From contig CAVLBF010000005.1 of NCBI GenBank assembly GCA_963661285.1, positions 32,006 through 96,005 on the forward strand: 64,000 nt of DNA, read 5' to 3'. This document shows, piece by piece, positions 1-10,355 of this stretch (position 1 is its first letter; each line of letters starts with the position of its first letter). The translations under genes were made by a program, and so were the position numbers. This DNA is from Bacteroidaceae bacterium (lineage in GTDB: Bacteria > Bacteroidota > Bacteroidia > Bacteroidales > UBA932). The notes below the pieces were generated by a model that ran no database searches, had not been told where the DNA came from, and saw nothing but the letters and a program-made list of their open reading frames with translations.

Positions 1-1945
1 CCGCCGACATCATCACGCTGTCCGCTTCACCGGCCACGAATGCGCGGCGGATTTCCCGTCCGAGGTCGCTGCGGACGGGGATGTTCTGCAGGTTCGGGTT
101 GGACGAGGAGAGCCTGCCGGTCGAGGTGAGGGTCTGATTGAATGTGGTGTGCACTCTGCCGTCGCGGGGCGAGATGTAGCCGGCGAAAGGCTCGATATAG
201 GTCGAGAGCAGTTTGCGCAGTCCCCGGTAGTCGAGTATCGCATCGATGATCGGGCTGCGGTCCGAGAGTTCCTGCAGGGTCTGCTCGTCGGTCGGCCAGT
301 TGCCGGAGCGGGGTTTCTTCGCTTTCGGGTCCAGAGCGAGCTTCTCGTAGATTACCGCTCCTATCTGCTTGGGGGATGATATGTTGAGTCCTGGCTCGCC
401 GGCGAGTTCCCGCACTTCCGCCTCCCGCTGTGCCATACGGGCACGCAGCATAGCGGCGAAGCCGGAGAGCGAGTCGAGATCCACCTTGACCCCGACGGTC
501 TCCATCCTGGAGAGCACTCCTATCAGCGGTTCTTCTATCTCGTCATAGAGCTTGCGCAGGCCCTGCGTGGTGTCGATTTCCCGTTTCAGGCAATCGTCGA
601 GCCGGAGCAGGGCGAGTGCCGACTTGGCCATATCCGGGCCTTCGGGCTGCGCTTCGCCCTCATCGAAGAGAGTGGCTTCCGTCTGCTGCTCTCCCTCCGA
701 GAGGTCAAGCCCGAGGTAGCTGCTGACCAGCGACTCGAACTTGTGGCTGCGCTCCGGGTTGAGCAGATAGTGCATCAGCTCCACATCTTCCAGTCTCCCC
801 GCGAGACGGATTCCCTCCGCTGCAAGTGCGTTCATAGAAGACTTGAGCCCGGAGCCGACCTTCACTATGGTTTCGTCCTCCAGAACGCTGCGGAACTCTT
901 CCGCCGTTCCGGCCGCGCATTTCGATGCGGTAGCGGCATAGAACCGCTCTCCGCCCGGCCACAGGGACATCCTGCCTTCCCGCAGCGCCAGCGGGATGAA
1001 CTCTTCTACGGGCAGCATCTCCGCTTCCATCTCCCGGGCCGCAGTCGCGGCGGGGCTGGCGCGTCGGGAACCCCCGTCCGTCAATTTGGCGAGCAGCCTC
1101 CTCAGGGACGGCATCTCGTATTCGTCCAGCAGGGCTTCAAGCGCCGGAGTGTCTTCCGGGGCGAAGACCATATCCTCAGCCTTGACGTCCAAAGGTACGT
1201 CGGTGCGTATGGTGACAAGTTCTTCGGAGAGCCTGATGTGCGGCTCGGCTGCTCGGAAAAGCTCCTGCTGCCGAGGCGTAAGTTCTTCCAGATGAGCATA
1301 TATCCCCTCTGTGCTGCCGTATTTTGCGAGCAGTTTCGCCGCGCCCACCGGGCCTACGCCCTGCACTCCCGGCACATTGTCCGAAGCGTCCCCGCAGAGC
1401 GTCAGGATATCCCTGACTTGGGCGGCGGAGTCTATCTTCCATTTGGCGCAGACCGCCGCTTCATCGATGATCTCGTTGTCCGAGCCTGACTTCCCGGGCT
1501 TATACTGGAAGATGTGAGGGGCGACAAGCTGCCCGTAATCCTTGTCCGGGGTCACCATATATACCTCGAAGCCTTCTGCGGCGAAGCGTTTTGCGGCCGT
1601 GCCTATCACGTCGTCCGCTTCGAATCCTCTCACCATCAGCACCGGGATGTCGAGCGAGCGGACTATCGAGGTCAGCGGTTCGAGCGCATCTATCACCAGC
1701 TGCGGAGTTTCGCTCCTGTTGGCCTTGTAGAGGGGATAGAGCCTGTTGCGGAAAGTGCCGCCGGGAGGGTCGAAACTGACGGCGATGTGCGTGGGCTTCT
1801 CGCGGTCGATCATCTCCAGAAGGTATTTGGTGAACCCGAAGAGAATCGAGGTGTCAGCGCCCTTGGAATTGACCATCGGGCGTCCGAGGAAGGCGTAGTA
1901 CATCTTGAAGATCAGCGCGTGACCGTCGATGAGAAAAAGTTTCAT
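1..1945 (-). CDS. polA: DNA polymerase I (5' part; runs off the window start)
   Basis: ATG at 1945 reads MKLFLIDGHALIFKMYYAF (5'-3' exonuclease N-terminus); near position 1 the same frame reads RVHTTFNQTLTSTGRLSSSNPNLQNIPVR (family A polymerase). Absent from the ORF track because no stop lies in the window. Confidence 0.95.
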   Translation of the reverse strand, partial: MKLFLIDGHALIFKMYYAFLGRPMVNSKGADTSILFGFTKYLLEMIDREKPTHIAVSFDPPGGTFRNRLYPLYKANRSETPQLVIDALEPLTSIVRSLDIPVLMVRGFEADDVIGTAAKRFAAEGFEVYMVTPDKDYGQLVAPHIFQYKPGKSGSDNEIIDEAAVCAKWKIDSAAQVRDILTLCGDASDNVPGVQGVGPVGAAKLLAKYGSTEGIYAHLEELTPRQQELFRAAEPHIRLSEELVTIRTDVPLDVKAEDMVFAPEDTPALEALLDEYEMPSLRRLLAKLTDGGSRRASPAATAAREMEAEMLPVEEFIPLALREGRMSLWPGGERFYAATASKCAAGTAEEFRSVLEDETIVKVGSGLKSSMNALAAEGIRLAGRLEDVELMHYLLNPERSHKFESLVSSYLGLDLSEGEQQTEATLFDEGEAQPEGPDMAKSALALLRLDDCLKREIDTTQGLRKLYDEIEEPLIGVLSRMETVGVKVDLDSLSGFAAMLRARMAQREAEVRELAGEPGLNISSPKQIGAVIYEKLALDPKAKKPRSGNWPTDEQTLQELSDRSPIIDAILDYRGLRKLLSTYIEPFAGYISPRDGRVHTTFNQTLTSTGRLSSSNPNLQNIPVRSDLGREIRRAFVAGEADSVMMSA

Positions 1946-2011
1946 TCGGCAAAGATGAAACTTTTTGCGAAACTTCGCAAACTTCCTGACAAAAACCGAG
2001 GGGCCCGAAAG

Positions 2012-2878
2012 CTATACCTCCACCCAGTGGATTCTGACCCCGCTCCGCTCCATCCCGCGGAACCAGGTCATCTGGCGCTTGGAGAACTGGTGGATGGCGA
2101 CGGCGAGACGCTCCCGCATCCCGGAGTAGTCGAGAGAGCCCTGCAAGTATAGGGTGACGAACTTATATTCAAGTCCGTAGGAGATGAGCGTCTCCGCCGG
2201 AACGCCGCTTTCCAGCAGTCCACGGACCTCCTCGACCAGACCCTCCTTGAGGCGTGCGTCGAGTCTGAGGTCAATACGCCTGTTGCGCTCTTCGCGCGAG
2301 ACGAGCGTCCCGATGAAGAAAGGATGCCGGGGCAGACCCTCGATGCCGTGTTCCCCCCGCTCCGCGCTCAGAGCCTTGCGGGAGGCGAAGTCATAGCCTG
2401 CGGTGACGGCGTTGATATACATCCCCGTGCCTCCGCAGAGTATCGGCACGACGGCCCTGCGGCGCAGCTCCGTCCATACCCTGCTGAAGTCGCGCTGATA
2501 TTGGTAGACATTGTATTGCGCCCCGGCAGGCAGTATGTCGATCAGGTGGTAGGGGACGTCTTCATATTCGCCGAGGTCTTTGCCCGTGCCGATGTCCATA
2601 CCTCTATATACCTGTCGGGAGTCGGCGGAGATGATTTCCGCCCCGCTGATGCGCACTTCGTCCGTCATCCTGCCAGGGCAGCCCTCGAAGAGTCCCAGCT
2701 GGGCGGAAGCGTTGATTTCCTTGGCGAGTCCGACGGCATATCGGGTCTTGCCGGAGGCGGTCGGGCCGAGCACGACGATGAGGTCTACTCTGGAGTCGAG
2801 GTAGTCGCGGGCGAGAGCCCCGAAGTCGATGGTCTCCGGGGTAGGAAGCTCCGCTATGACTGACTTGACTTTAGGCAT
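2012..2878 (-). CDS. miaA: tRNA dimethylallyltransferase-like (IPP transferase family), internally shortened
   Basis: GPTASGKT P-loop, IISADSRQVYRGMDIGTGK, CGGTGMY, FSKRQMTWFR. Confidence 0.85.
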   Translation of the reverse strand: MPKVKSVIAELPTPETIDFGALARDYLDSRVDLIVVLGPTASGKTRYAVGLAKEINASAQLGLFEGCPGRMTDEVRISGAEIISADSRQVYRGMDIGTGKDLGEYEDVPYHLIDILPAGAQYNVYQYQRDFSRVWTELRRRAVVPILCGGTGMYINAVTAGYDFASRKALSAERGEHGIEGLPRHPFFIGTLVSREERNRRIDLRLDARLKEGLVEEVRGLLESGVPAETLISYGLEYKFVTLYLQGSLDYSGMRERLAVAIHQFSKRQMTWFRGMERSGVRIHWVEV

Positions 2879-2885
2879 AGGCGGC

Positions 2886-3341
2886 TCAACTCCTTTCGAG
2901 TTCGCGGCGTATGTCCTTCTCCTTGATGCTGGCCCGCTTGTCGTACTCCTTCTTGCCTCTGGCGAGGGCGATGTGGACCTTGGCGTAGCCGTTGTCGGCG
3001 ATATATGCGCTCGTGGCGACTATGGTGAGGCCCTTGGTCTTCACGGCCTGCGCGAGGTGGCGCAGTTCGCGCTTGGTGAGCAGCAGCTTGCGGTCGCGCA
3101 GAGGCTCGTGGCTGCTCCAGGCGGAGGCCCAGAAGTAGGTCGCGATGTTCATCCCGCGCAGATAAAGTTCGCCTCCGGAGAAGTAGCAGTAGGCGTCCTG
3201 CAGGGAGGCCTTGCCGGCGCGGAGCGACTTGATCTCCGTCCCGACCAGCACTATCCCGGCATCGTACTGCTCGAGGAACTCGTATTCGAACGAGGCCCTC
3301 CTGTTGCTGATGCGCACCCGGCTTTTCTCCTTGGCTTTCAT
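2886..3341 (-). CDS. smpB: SsrA-binding protein
   Basis: NRRASFEY, AGIVLVGTEIKSLR, RDRKLLL, ARGKKEYDKR. Confidence 0.97.
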   Translation of the reverse strand: MKAKEKSRVRISNRRASFEYEFLEQYDAGIVLVGTEIKSLRAGKASLQDAYCYFSGGELYLRGMNIATYFWASAWSSHEPLRDRKLLLTKRELRHLAQAVKTKGLTIVATSAYIADNGYAKVHIALARGKKEYDKRASIKEKDIRRELERS

Positions 3342-3357
3342 ATCCGTAGAAGCGGCT

Positions 3358-4593
3358 TTACAGTCCGAATTCGCGCCTTATCTCCTCCACGCTGTCGAGC
3401 TTCTCCCAGCCGAAGAACTGCATCCCGTCCTTGACATAAGGCTCACGCCCCATATGGCCGTAGGCCGCGCAAGGCTCGTAGATCGGGTTCTTGAGTGCGA
3501 AGCGCTCGATGATGGCCGCCGGGCGCAGGTCGAACATATCCTTGATTTTGAGCGCGATGCGTGCATCGGCGGCCTCGCCCCTGTAGCCGTTGAGCGCGGC
3601 GGTGCCGTAGGTGTCCACGAAGACGCTCACGGGCTCCGCCACTCCGATGGCATAGGAGACCTGCACGAGGCACTCCTTGGCCACTCCGGCGGCCACCAAG
3701 TTCTTGGCTATGTAGCGGGTCGCGTAAGCCGCTGACCTGTCGACCTTTGAAGGGTCTTTGCCGGAGAACGCCCCGCCTCCGTGCGCCCCGCGTCCGCCGT
3801 AGGTGTCCACTATTATTTTACGCCCCGTGAGACCCGTGTCGCCGGCAGGGCCTCCGATGACGAACTTGCCCGTAGGGTTTATATGAAGGATGAACCTGTC
3901 GTCGAAGAGGGCCGCCGTGGTCTCGGGGAGCGATGCGATGAGGCGCGGTATCACTATTGTGCGCACGTCCTTCTCGATGCGTGCGTGCATTCTCTCGTCG
4001 CTGTCGAACTCATCGTGCTGCGTGCTGAGCACTATGGTATGCACACGCACCGGGCGGTGCTTCTCGGAGAACTCCACGGTGAACTGGGATTTCGCGTCCG
4101 GGCGCAGGTAGGGCATCAGCTCCGGCTCGTTGTGCCGTATGTCCGCGAGAATGCGGAGCAGCCGGTGCGAGAGGGAGAGCGCGAGCGGCATATATTCTTC
4201 GGTGTCGATGCTGGCGTAGCCGAACATCATCCCCTGGTCTCCGGCCCCCTGCTGGAGAGGCTCGCTCCGGACCACGCCCCTGTTGATGTCGGCGCTCTGC
4301 TCGTGGATGGTGGAGATGATGCCGCAGGAGGACGCGTCGAAGCCGTATTCCGCCTTGGTGTAGCCTATCCTGCGGATAACGCGGCGGGCCACCCCCGGGA
4401 TGTCCACATAGGCGTCGTCGGAGCGGACTTCACCGCCCACGATCACGAGCCCTGCGGTGCAGAAGGTTTCACAGGCGACCTTCGCCTCCCTGTCCTGGCG
4501 GAGGAACTCATCGAGAATTGCATCTGAAATCTGGTCAGCGACCTTGTCGGGATGACCTTCGGAGACTGACTCCGACGTGAAGAGATAGTTCAT
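3358..4593 (-). CDS. metK: S-adenosylmethionine synthetase
   Basis: [32 protein letters not shown]; start placed at ATG 4593, downstream of the promoter and riboswitch. Confidence 0.97.
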   Translation of the reverse strand: MNYLFTSESVSEGHPDKVADQISDAILDEFLRQDREAKVACETFCTAGLVIVGGEVRSDDAYVDIPGVARRVIRRIGYTKAEYGFDASSCGIISTIHEQSADINRGVVRSEPLQQGAGDQGMMFGYASIDTEEYMPLALSLSHRLLRILADIRHNEPELMPYLRPDAKSQFTVEFSEKHRPVRVHTIVLSTQHDEFDSDERMHARIEKDVRTIVIPRLIASLPETTAALFDDRFILHINPTGKFVIGGPAGDTGLTGRKIIVDTYGGRGAHGGGAFSGKDPSKVDRSAAYATRYIAKNLVAAGVAKECLVQVSYAIGVAEPVSVFVDTYGTAALNGYRGEAADARIALKIKDMFDLRPAAIIERFALKNPIYEPCAAYGHMGREPYVKDGMQFFGWEKLDSVEEIRREFGL

Positions 4594-4650
4594 TTTTTTA
4601 GCATTTTTTAAAGTAAGGCGAGGTTGCAAGCATCCAAATCTGTCCTCGCC
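4594..4650 (-). promoter_or_regulatory. SAM-II-type riboswitch in the metK leader
   Basis: Minus strand GGCGAGG-ACA-GAUUUGGAUGC-UUGCAA-CCUCGCC-linker-GCUAAAAA-AUG: 7-bp P1 stem plus the GAUUU, UUGCAA and GCUAAA hallmarks of SAM-II, directly before metK. Confidence 0.75.
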
Positions 4651-4662
4651 GTCAATTCGCCG

Positions 4663-4670
4663 CAAATATA
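4663..4670 (-). promoter_or_regulatory. Bacteroidetes -7 promoter element for metK
   Basis: TATATTTG on the minus strand just upstream of the riboswitch. Confidence 0.7.
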
Positions 4671-4702
4671 ACAATAAATTAACAAAAAGATGTGGGAAAA
4701 TG

Positions 4703-4734
4703 TTTGCCGGATTGCTTCGCTTGCATTACCTTTG
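4703..4734 (+). promoter_or_regulatory. Bacteroidetes primary-sigma promoter for the TonB receptor
   Basis: TTTG (4703-4706), 20 nt spacer, TACCTTTG (4727-4734). Confidence 0.75.
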
Positions 4735-4774
4735 CGGTCGTGAAAATCTATTACTTTTTATATACAAAAACGGT

Positions 4775-7700
4775 ATGAAACAAACAGTCAAAAGTTTATT
4801 GCTGTCCTTTGCGGCAATGCTTTTCGTTATCTCTGCTTCGGCACAGGTAACAACCTCCTCCCTGAACGGTAAAGTTACCGATTCTGCGGGCGAGGCTCTG
4901 CCAGGCGCGGCCGTCATAGCCGTCCACACGCCTTCCGGAACTCAGTACCACGCCATCGCGAACGCTGAGGGACGCTATTTCATCAACGGTATGCGTTCCG
5001 GCGGTCCGTACACGGTGGAAGTGAGCTGTCTGGGATACCAGACCGTAGTCTTCACCGACGTCACCCTCCAGCTCGCCGAGTCCTATCAGCGCGACGCTTA
5101 CCTCAAGGATGACTCCCAGATGCTGAGCGAGGCAGTGGTCGTGTCCACTGCGGCTTCCAAGTTCGCGGTCGAGAAGACCGGCGCGGCGACCAACATCAAC
5201 AACGCCCAGATTACTGCCCTCCCTACTGTCAGCAGAAGCATTTCCGACGTGACCAGACTGTCTCCATACGGCGGCAACGGTATGTCCTTTGTCGGCTCTG
5301 ACGGGCGTACGGGCAACTTCACCGTTGACGGCGCCAACTTCAACAACAACTTCGGACTCAGCTCCAGCCTCCCGGGCGGCGGCACCCCTATCTCCATCGA
5401 CGCGATCGAGGAGGTCCAGGTCGTGATTTCTCCATACGACGTGCGCCAGACCAACTTCATCGGCGGCGGCGTGAACGCCATCACCAAGTCGGGCACCAAC
5501 AAGTTCAAGGGGACTGCCTACGTATATCACCGCAACGAGAATATGCGCGGTGACAGCGTTGAGGGCGAGACCGTCTCCGGCGCGCGCGACACCGACCGCA
5601 ACACCACCTACGGCTTCACCCTCGGCGGGCCGATCGTGAAGAACAAGCTCTTCTTCTTCGTCAATTTCGAGTCCCAGAAGACCCCTACCGTGGCCAACCG
5701 CTGGAGAGGCTCCGAGGACGGTATCGGCAACTCCGACGCCTATCTCTCCCGCACCACTCTCTCCGACCTCCAGAAGGTTTCCGAGTTCGTGAAGAACAAG
5801 TACGACTACGATACGGGTTCCTGGACTGACTTCCCTGCTGACGAGAGCAACACCAAGCTTCTCGCCCGCATCGACTGGAACATCTCCGACAAGCATCACC
5901 TCGCCCTGCGCTACAACTACACTCTCAACAAGGCCTGGAATGCTCCTAACTCTTCTTCAATGGACGGCGGCTCCCGCTCCGCCAACGGACGTACCTCCCT
6001 CTACGCGATGTCTTTCGCCAACTCGATGTACTCCCTTGACAACCTGGTGAACACCTGGTCTTTCGACCTCAACAGCCGCCTGAGCGACAAGCTCTCCAAC
6101 CAGTTCCTGGCCACATATTCCCAGCTCGACGACGTGCGCGGCACGAACTCCAGCGACTTCCCGTTCATCGACATTATGGACGGAGGGCAGATGAACCCTG
6201 CCGGGACTGAAGAGGCCGACGGGACCAACACCTATATGGCTCTCGGATATGAGCTCTTCACCTGGAACAACGGCGTCCACAACAATGTGCTCAACATCAA
6301 GGACGACCTCACCTACTACTACGGCAACCACAAGATCGTGGGAGGCATCAGCTACGAATATCAGATGGCCGACAACTCCTATATGCGCAACGGTACCGGA
6401 TACTACCGCTACAATACGCTTGACGATTTCCTCAGCGGCGCAGCCCCTGCAATCGTCTGCCTCACCTACGGCTACGACGGGGAGGAGAACCCTGCGGCCC
6501 GCGTCCGCTTCAACAAGCTGGGCGTATATGCACAGGATGACTGGTCAGCCACCGACAGGCTCAAGCTTACCTATGGCCTGCGCGTGGACGGCCTCTTCTT
6601 CAACAACTCCGACCTGATGACCAATCAGGCAATCTACGACCTCGACTACGACGGCAGGCACATCGATACCGGCAAGTGGCCGAACAGCAGCGTCACCTTC
6701 TCCCCGCGCGTCGGATTCACCTGGGACGTGCTCGGCAACAAGAGCCTCAAGCTGCGCGGCGGCACCGGTCTCTTCTCTGGCCGTCTGCCTCTCGTGTTCT
6801 TCACCAATATGCCTACCAACTCCGGTATGGTTCAGTATCAGGCCAAGCTCAACGCTACCGGCAAGAACGGCGGCACTCTTACCGATATGAGTCAGTTCGC
6901 CGGCAATATCCTCACCCGCAACGAACTGAAGTCCAAGCTCTTCGCTCTCGGATATCCGGAGACCATCAAGCCGGAGGACGGCACCGCTCCATCTGAAATC
7001 TCAGCGGTCGACCCTAACTTCAAGATGCCTCAGGTGTGGAAGACCTCTCTGGCCATCGACTACGCTTTCCCTACTTCATTCCCGTTCACCGTAACTGCTG
7101 AAGGCATCTTCAACAAGACTGTCAACGGCGTATGCCTGAGGGACTGGAGCATCAAGGATACCGACGGATTCGCAAGGTTCAACGGAGCGGACAACCGCGC
7201 CATCTACCAGGACTACAAGCTCACCTATGTGAAGGACGGCAAGGTTACGAATATGCCTAACGCCTATGTTCTCGAGAACACGAGCAAGGGTTATGGCTAT
7301 ACTGCCAACGTGACCGTCAATATGCAGCCTGTCGAGGGCCTCAGCCTTATGGCCGCCTACACCCACACCGTGTCCAAGGAGCTGACCGGTATGCCTGGAA
7401 GCAACGCTTCTTCAGTGCTCAACTATATGTCCACCGTCAACGGCCCTAATGACCCGGGGCTTCACAACTCCGAGTATGTGACCCCTGACCGCGTGGTCGC
7501 TTCCCTGACCCACAACGACAAGTCAGGCAACCACTTCAGCTTCATCTATGAGGCCTGGAGGGGCGGATACAACTACTCCTATATGACTGTCAACGACATC
7601 AACGGCGACGGCTACAACTACGACGCGATCTACATCCCTACCGACGAGCAGGTGGCCAACAACGAGTTCCGCTTCGTGTCCGAGGACGACCGCGACCGCT

Positions 7701-8095
7701 TTATGGCATTCGTCCACAACGACAGCTACCTCAGCAAGCATCAGGGACAGTATGCCGAGGCATACAGCGTATACTCTCCTTGGGTTCACAGGCTCGACTT
7801 CAGCTACAAGCACGACTTCAAGGTCAAGATCGGCAGCAGCACCAACACGCTCCAGCTCAGCCTCGACGTCAAGAACCTGCTCAACCTCTTCAACTCCAGC
7901 TGGGGAGTAAGCAAGTATATGAACTCTTCTCTCGGCAGCGGCCGTATCCTCAAGTATGAGGGAGTGGACGCTGACGGCTATGCGACCTTCTCCACCGCCA
8001 AGGCATACGGCGCTGACACTCAGACCTTCGTGCCTCTGCACGCAATCGGACAGTGCTGGTACGCCTCTGTCGGCATCAAGTATATGTTCAACTAA
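4775..8095 (+). CDS. TonB-dependent outer-membrane receptor (Oar-like, N-terminal carboxypeptidase-regulatory-like domain)
   Basis: Signal peptide MKQTVKSLL...ASAQ; GKVTDSAGEALPGA; plug motif ISIDAIEEVQV...GGGVNAITKSGTN; barrel C-terminus VGIKYMFN. Confidence 0.9.
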   Translation: MKQTVKSLLLSFAAMLFVISASAQVTTSSLNGKVTDSAGEALPGAAVIAVHTPSGTQYHAIANAEGRYFINGMRSGGPYTVEVSCLGYQTVVFTDVTLQLAESYQRDAYLKDDSQMLSEAVVVSTAASKFAVEKTGAATNINNAQITALPTVSRSISDVTRLSPYGGNGMSFVGSDGRTGNFTVDGANFNNNFGLSSSLPGGGTPISIDAIEEVQVVISPYDVRQTNFIGGGVNAITKSGTNKFKGTAYVYHRNENMRGDSVEGETVSGARDTDRNTTYGFTLGGPIVKNKLFFFVNFESQKTPTVANRWRGSEDGIGNSDAYLSRTTLSDLQKVSEFVKNKYDYDTGSWTDFPADESNTKLLARIDWNISDKHHLALRYNYTLNKAWNAPNSSSMDGGSRSANGRTSLYAMSFANSMYSLDNLVNTWSFDLNSRLSDKLSNQFLATYSQLDDVRGTNSSDFPFIDIMDGGQMNPAGTEEADGTNTYMALGYELFTWNNGVHNNVLNIKDDLTYYYGNHKIVGGISYEYQMADNSYMRNGTGYYRYNTLDDFLSGAAPAIVCLTYGYDGEENPAARVRFNKLGVYAQDDWSATDRLKLTYGLRVDGLFFNNSDLMTNQAIYDLDYDGRHIDTGKWPNSSVTFSPRVGFTWDVLGNKSLKLRGGTGLFSGRLPLVFFTNMPTNSGMVQYQAKLNATGKNGGTLTDMSQFAGNILTRNELKSKLFALGYPETIKPEDGTAPSEISAVDPNFKMPQVWKTSLAIDYAFPTSFPFTVTAEGIFNKTVNGVCLRDWSIKDTDGFARFNGADNRAIYQDYKLTYVKDGKVTNMPNAYVLENTSKGYGYTANVTVNMQPVEGLSLMAAYTHTVSKELTGMPGSNASSVLNYMSTVNGPNDPGLHNSEYVTPDRVVASLTHNDKSGNHFSFIYEAWRGGYNYSYMTVNDINGDGYNYDAIYIPTDEQVANNEFRFVSEDDRDRFMAFVHNDSYLSKHQGQYAEAYSVYSPWVHRLDFSYKHDFKVKIGSSTNTLQLSLDVKNLLNLFNSSWGVSKYMNSSLGSGRILKYEGVDADGYATFSTAKAYGADTQTFVPLHAIGQCWYASVGIKYMFN

Positions 8096-8111
8096 TACAA
8101 CATCGTAGGAT

Positions 8112-10076
8112 ATGAAACTCAGATATATTATCACCACGCTCGTGGCAGCCGTCGCTCTGGCGACCTCTTGCCAGGAAAGCCTCGAGAGGCATCTCGCCGA
8201 GGTGCAGGTATCCTCATCCTATGTGGCAATCCCTGCGGCCGGCGGATCCAAGACCATCACCGTCACCGCTACGGACGACTGGACCATCAACGATATTCCG
8301 GAATGGCTGACCGTAAAGCCTGTCTCCGGGCAGGCGGGCGAGACCGAGGTGACCTTCACCTCAGCCGCCGCCACCTCTACCAACCAGACTACCGTGCATC
8401 TCGTATGCAGCGGCAAGACTCAGGAAATCAATGTCCTCCAGCAGACCGCGAAGCAGGAGCTGCCTATTTCCACCTGTGCCCAGGTCAACTCCGGTGAGGA
8501 CGGCAAGACATATCGCGTCAAGGGTACCGTGACAAGGATTGTCAATACCACTTACGGCAATATGTACATCAGCGACGACACCGGAGAGGTCTATGTATAT
8601 GGTACTCTCGATGCGAGCGGAGCGGAGAAGAACTTCCTGAGCCTCGGTATCGAGGCCGGCGACATCGTCACCGTCGAGGGCCCGAGGACGACCTACGGCG
8701 GAGTCATCGAGCTTGTCAACGTGACCGTCATCGAGATTGAAAAGTCTCTCATCAAAGTGGAGTCTGTCGAGCCGGCCGAGGGCCTTCCTCTCGAGGGCGG
8801 CACCTTCACCGTCACCCTTACCAACAAGGGAGACGGCGTGGGAGTGCAGATTCCTGAAGATGCCAAGTCCTGGCTGTCAGTGTCAACCATCGCCTCCAAG
8901 GGGACCACTACTATGGTGGGCCTTGAGGCTGCCGCCAATGAGGGCGGCGACCGCTCCGCCACCGTAGTATTCGCCACCGCTTCCGGCGACAAGGACTACA
9001 CCGCACAGGTGGAGCTCAGCCAGAAGGGCGCGGTCATCGACGTTACCGTCGAGGAGTTCCTCGCGGCTGAAGAGGGCGACACCCAGTATCGCGTCTCCGG
9101 AGTCGTGACCAAGATTTCCGCCAGCTCCAAATACCACAATGCCGACATCACTGTGGCTTCCGGCGATTTTGCGCACAGCGTGCTGCTCTATCGCACAGTG
9201 GCTGCAGAGGGCAATATCGAAGACCTTGGCATCAAGGAGGGTGATATCGTCACCGTAATCGGCAAGAGAAGCTCCTACGGCGGCACCGCCCAGATGGCGG
9301 CCGGCGGCCTGTGCGAGAATGTCACGACCTACGCTGCGGCTACTGTTGCAGAGTTCCTTGCGGCTGCAAAGGGTGAAACATATGCCGTCAGCGGCGAAAT
9401 TACCAAGGTTGAGAACCTCAGCCCTAAGTCCAAGTACAACAATGTCAACATCACCATCAAGGATGGCGACAACACCCTCTATCTCTACCGTGTCACCACT
9501 TTCGACCAGTCTGATGTGGCGGTCCTCAATCCTGAGGTAGGCGGCACGATTACCGTCGCGGGCGAGAGGAGCGAGTACAACGGCACCCCTCAGATGGGTT
9601 CAGGCGGAGTTGTTCTCGCCTACACCGCTCCTGCGGAGGACGGCGGGGGTGAGACTCCGGACACCGGCGCTTACGACACCAAGTTCGCGTATACCCTCGG
9701 CTCAAGCGCTTATGATGACGGCGTCGCTACCGTAAATGACGTTAAGGGCGTGAAGGTCCTCAAGATCGGCACCGCCAAGAAGGCCGGTTCATTCAGCCTC
9801 ACGATTCCTGCCGGCACCAAGTCCATCTCATACTATGCTGTGGCTTGGAAAGATGCGGCCACCACTCTTACCTTCACTGCGGGCGAGACTCTGCTCGGCT
9901 CTCAGGAGATTGTGGCCAATGACGGCGCTACGGGTCAGACTCCGTACACTTTCACAGTGGCTGACAGCGACAAGTATACTCTCGACTTCGGCTCGGCTCT
10001 CACCGCAGAGACCCAGGTAGTCGTGACGACCAAGGAGGACGCCAATTACCGTGCGATTCTCTTCGGCATCCAGTAG
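8112..10076 (+). CDS. Surface lipoprotein with two BACON-like and three OB-fold-like repeats
   Basis: Lipobox LATSC; BACON-like segments (WTINDIPEWLTV; SWLSV...NEGGDRSATV); repeated YRVxGxVTxI...GDIVTVxGxRxxYxG units. Confidence 0.75.
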   Translation: MKLRYIITTLVAAVALATSCQESLERHLAEVQVSSSYVAIPAAGGSKTITVTATDDWTINDIPEWLTVKPVSGQAGETEVTFTSAAATSTNQTTVHLVCSGKTQEINVLQQTAKQELPISTCAQVNSGEDGKTYRVKGTVTRIVNTTYGNMYISDDTGEVYVYGTLDASGAEKNFLSLGIEAGDIVTVEGPRTTYGGVIELVNVTVIEIEKSLIKVESVEPAEGLPLEGGTFTVTLTNKGDGVGVQIPEDAKSWLSVSTIASKGTTTMVGLEAAANEGGDRSATVVFATASGDKDYTAQVELSQKGAVIDVTVEEFLAAEEGDTQYRVSGVVTKISASSKYHNADITVASGDFAHSVLLYRTVAAEGNIEDLGIKEGDIVTVIGKRSSYGGTAQMAAGGLCENVTTYAAATVAEFLAAAKGETYAVSGEITKVENLSPKSKYNNVNITIKDGDNTLYLYRVTTFDQSDVAVLNPEVGGTITVAGERSEYNGTPQMGSGGVVLAYTAPAEDGGGETPDTGAYDTKFAYTLGSSAYDDGVATVNDVKGVKVLKIGTAKKAGSFSLTIPAGTKSISYYAVAWKDAATTLTFTAGETLLGSQEIVANDGATGQTPYTFTVADSDKYTLDFGSALTAETQVVVTTKEDANYRAILFGIQ

Positions 10077-10100
10077 TCGACAGTACACTTTATACTTGAA

Positions 10101-10129
10101 GCAGTCCGGCGGCATCCCCGCCGGACTGC
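10101..10129. terminator. GC-rich hairpin after the lipoprotein gene (probable terminator)
   Basis: GCAGTCCGGCGG, 5 nt loop, CCGCCGGACTGC: perfect 12-bp stem, no clear U-tract on +. Confidence 0.6.
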
Positions 10130-10131
10130 CT

Positions 10132-10148
10132 GTATTCAGGGGCGCAGG
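10132..10148. repeat. 17-bp copy of the 3' end of the AAA_14/DUF4143 gene
   Basis: GTATTCAGGGGCGCAGG identical to 11665-11681. Confidence 0.85.
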
Positions 10149-10317
10149 GGCGGCATCAAAGCATCTGGTGAAGTGCGTATCAAAGTACTAAAGCAAGTAA
10201 CATTATAATTGCACGCGGACAAAATGTAGATGCGGAAGGTCGGGAAATCTTTGGCAGAATTACGACTTATTGCTATATTGTCGGCAAGATAAAGATGACT
10301 TGAATTATGAAAAAAAG

Positions 10318-10348
10318 TTTGTTTTGCGTAAGAAATTCATTACATTTG
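10318..10348 (+). promoter_or_regulatory. Promoter of the toxin-antitoxin pair
   Basis: TTTG (10318-10321), 19 nt spacer, TACATTTG (10341-10348); ATG follows after 7 nt. Confidence 0.7.
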
Positions 10349-10355
10349 TCGCGCT

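Noticed and set aside
1..243. Apparent stop or frameshift near the polA window edge (76-aa ORF ending VKRTA)
   Set aside because: That ORF is in another frame; the polA frame reads AFVAGEADSVMMSA uninterrupted to position 1.
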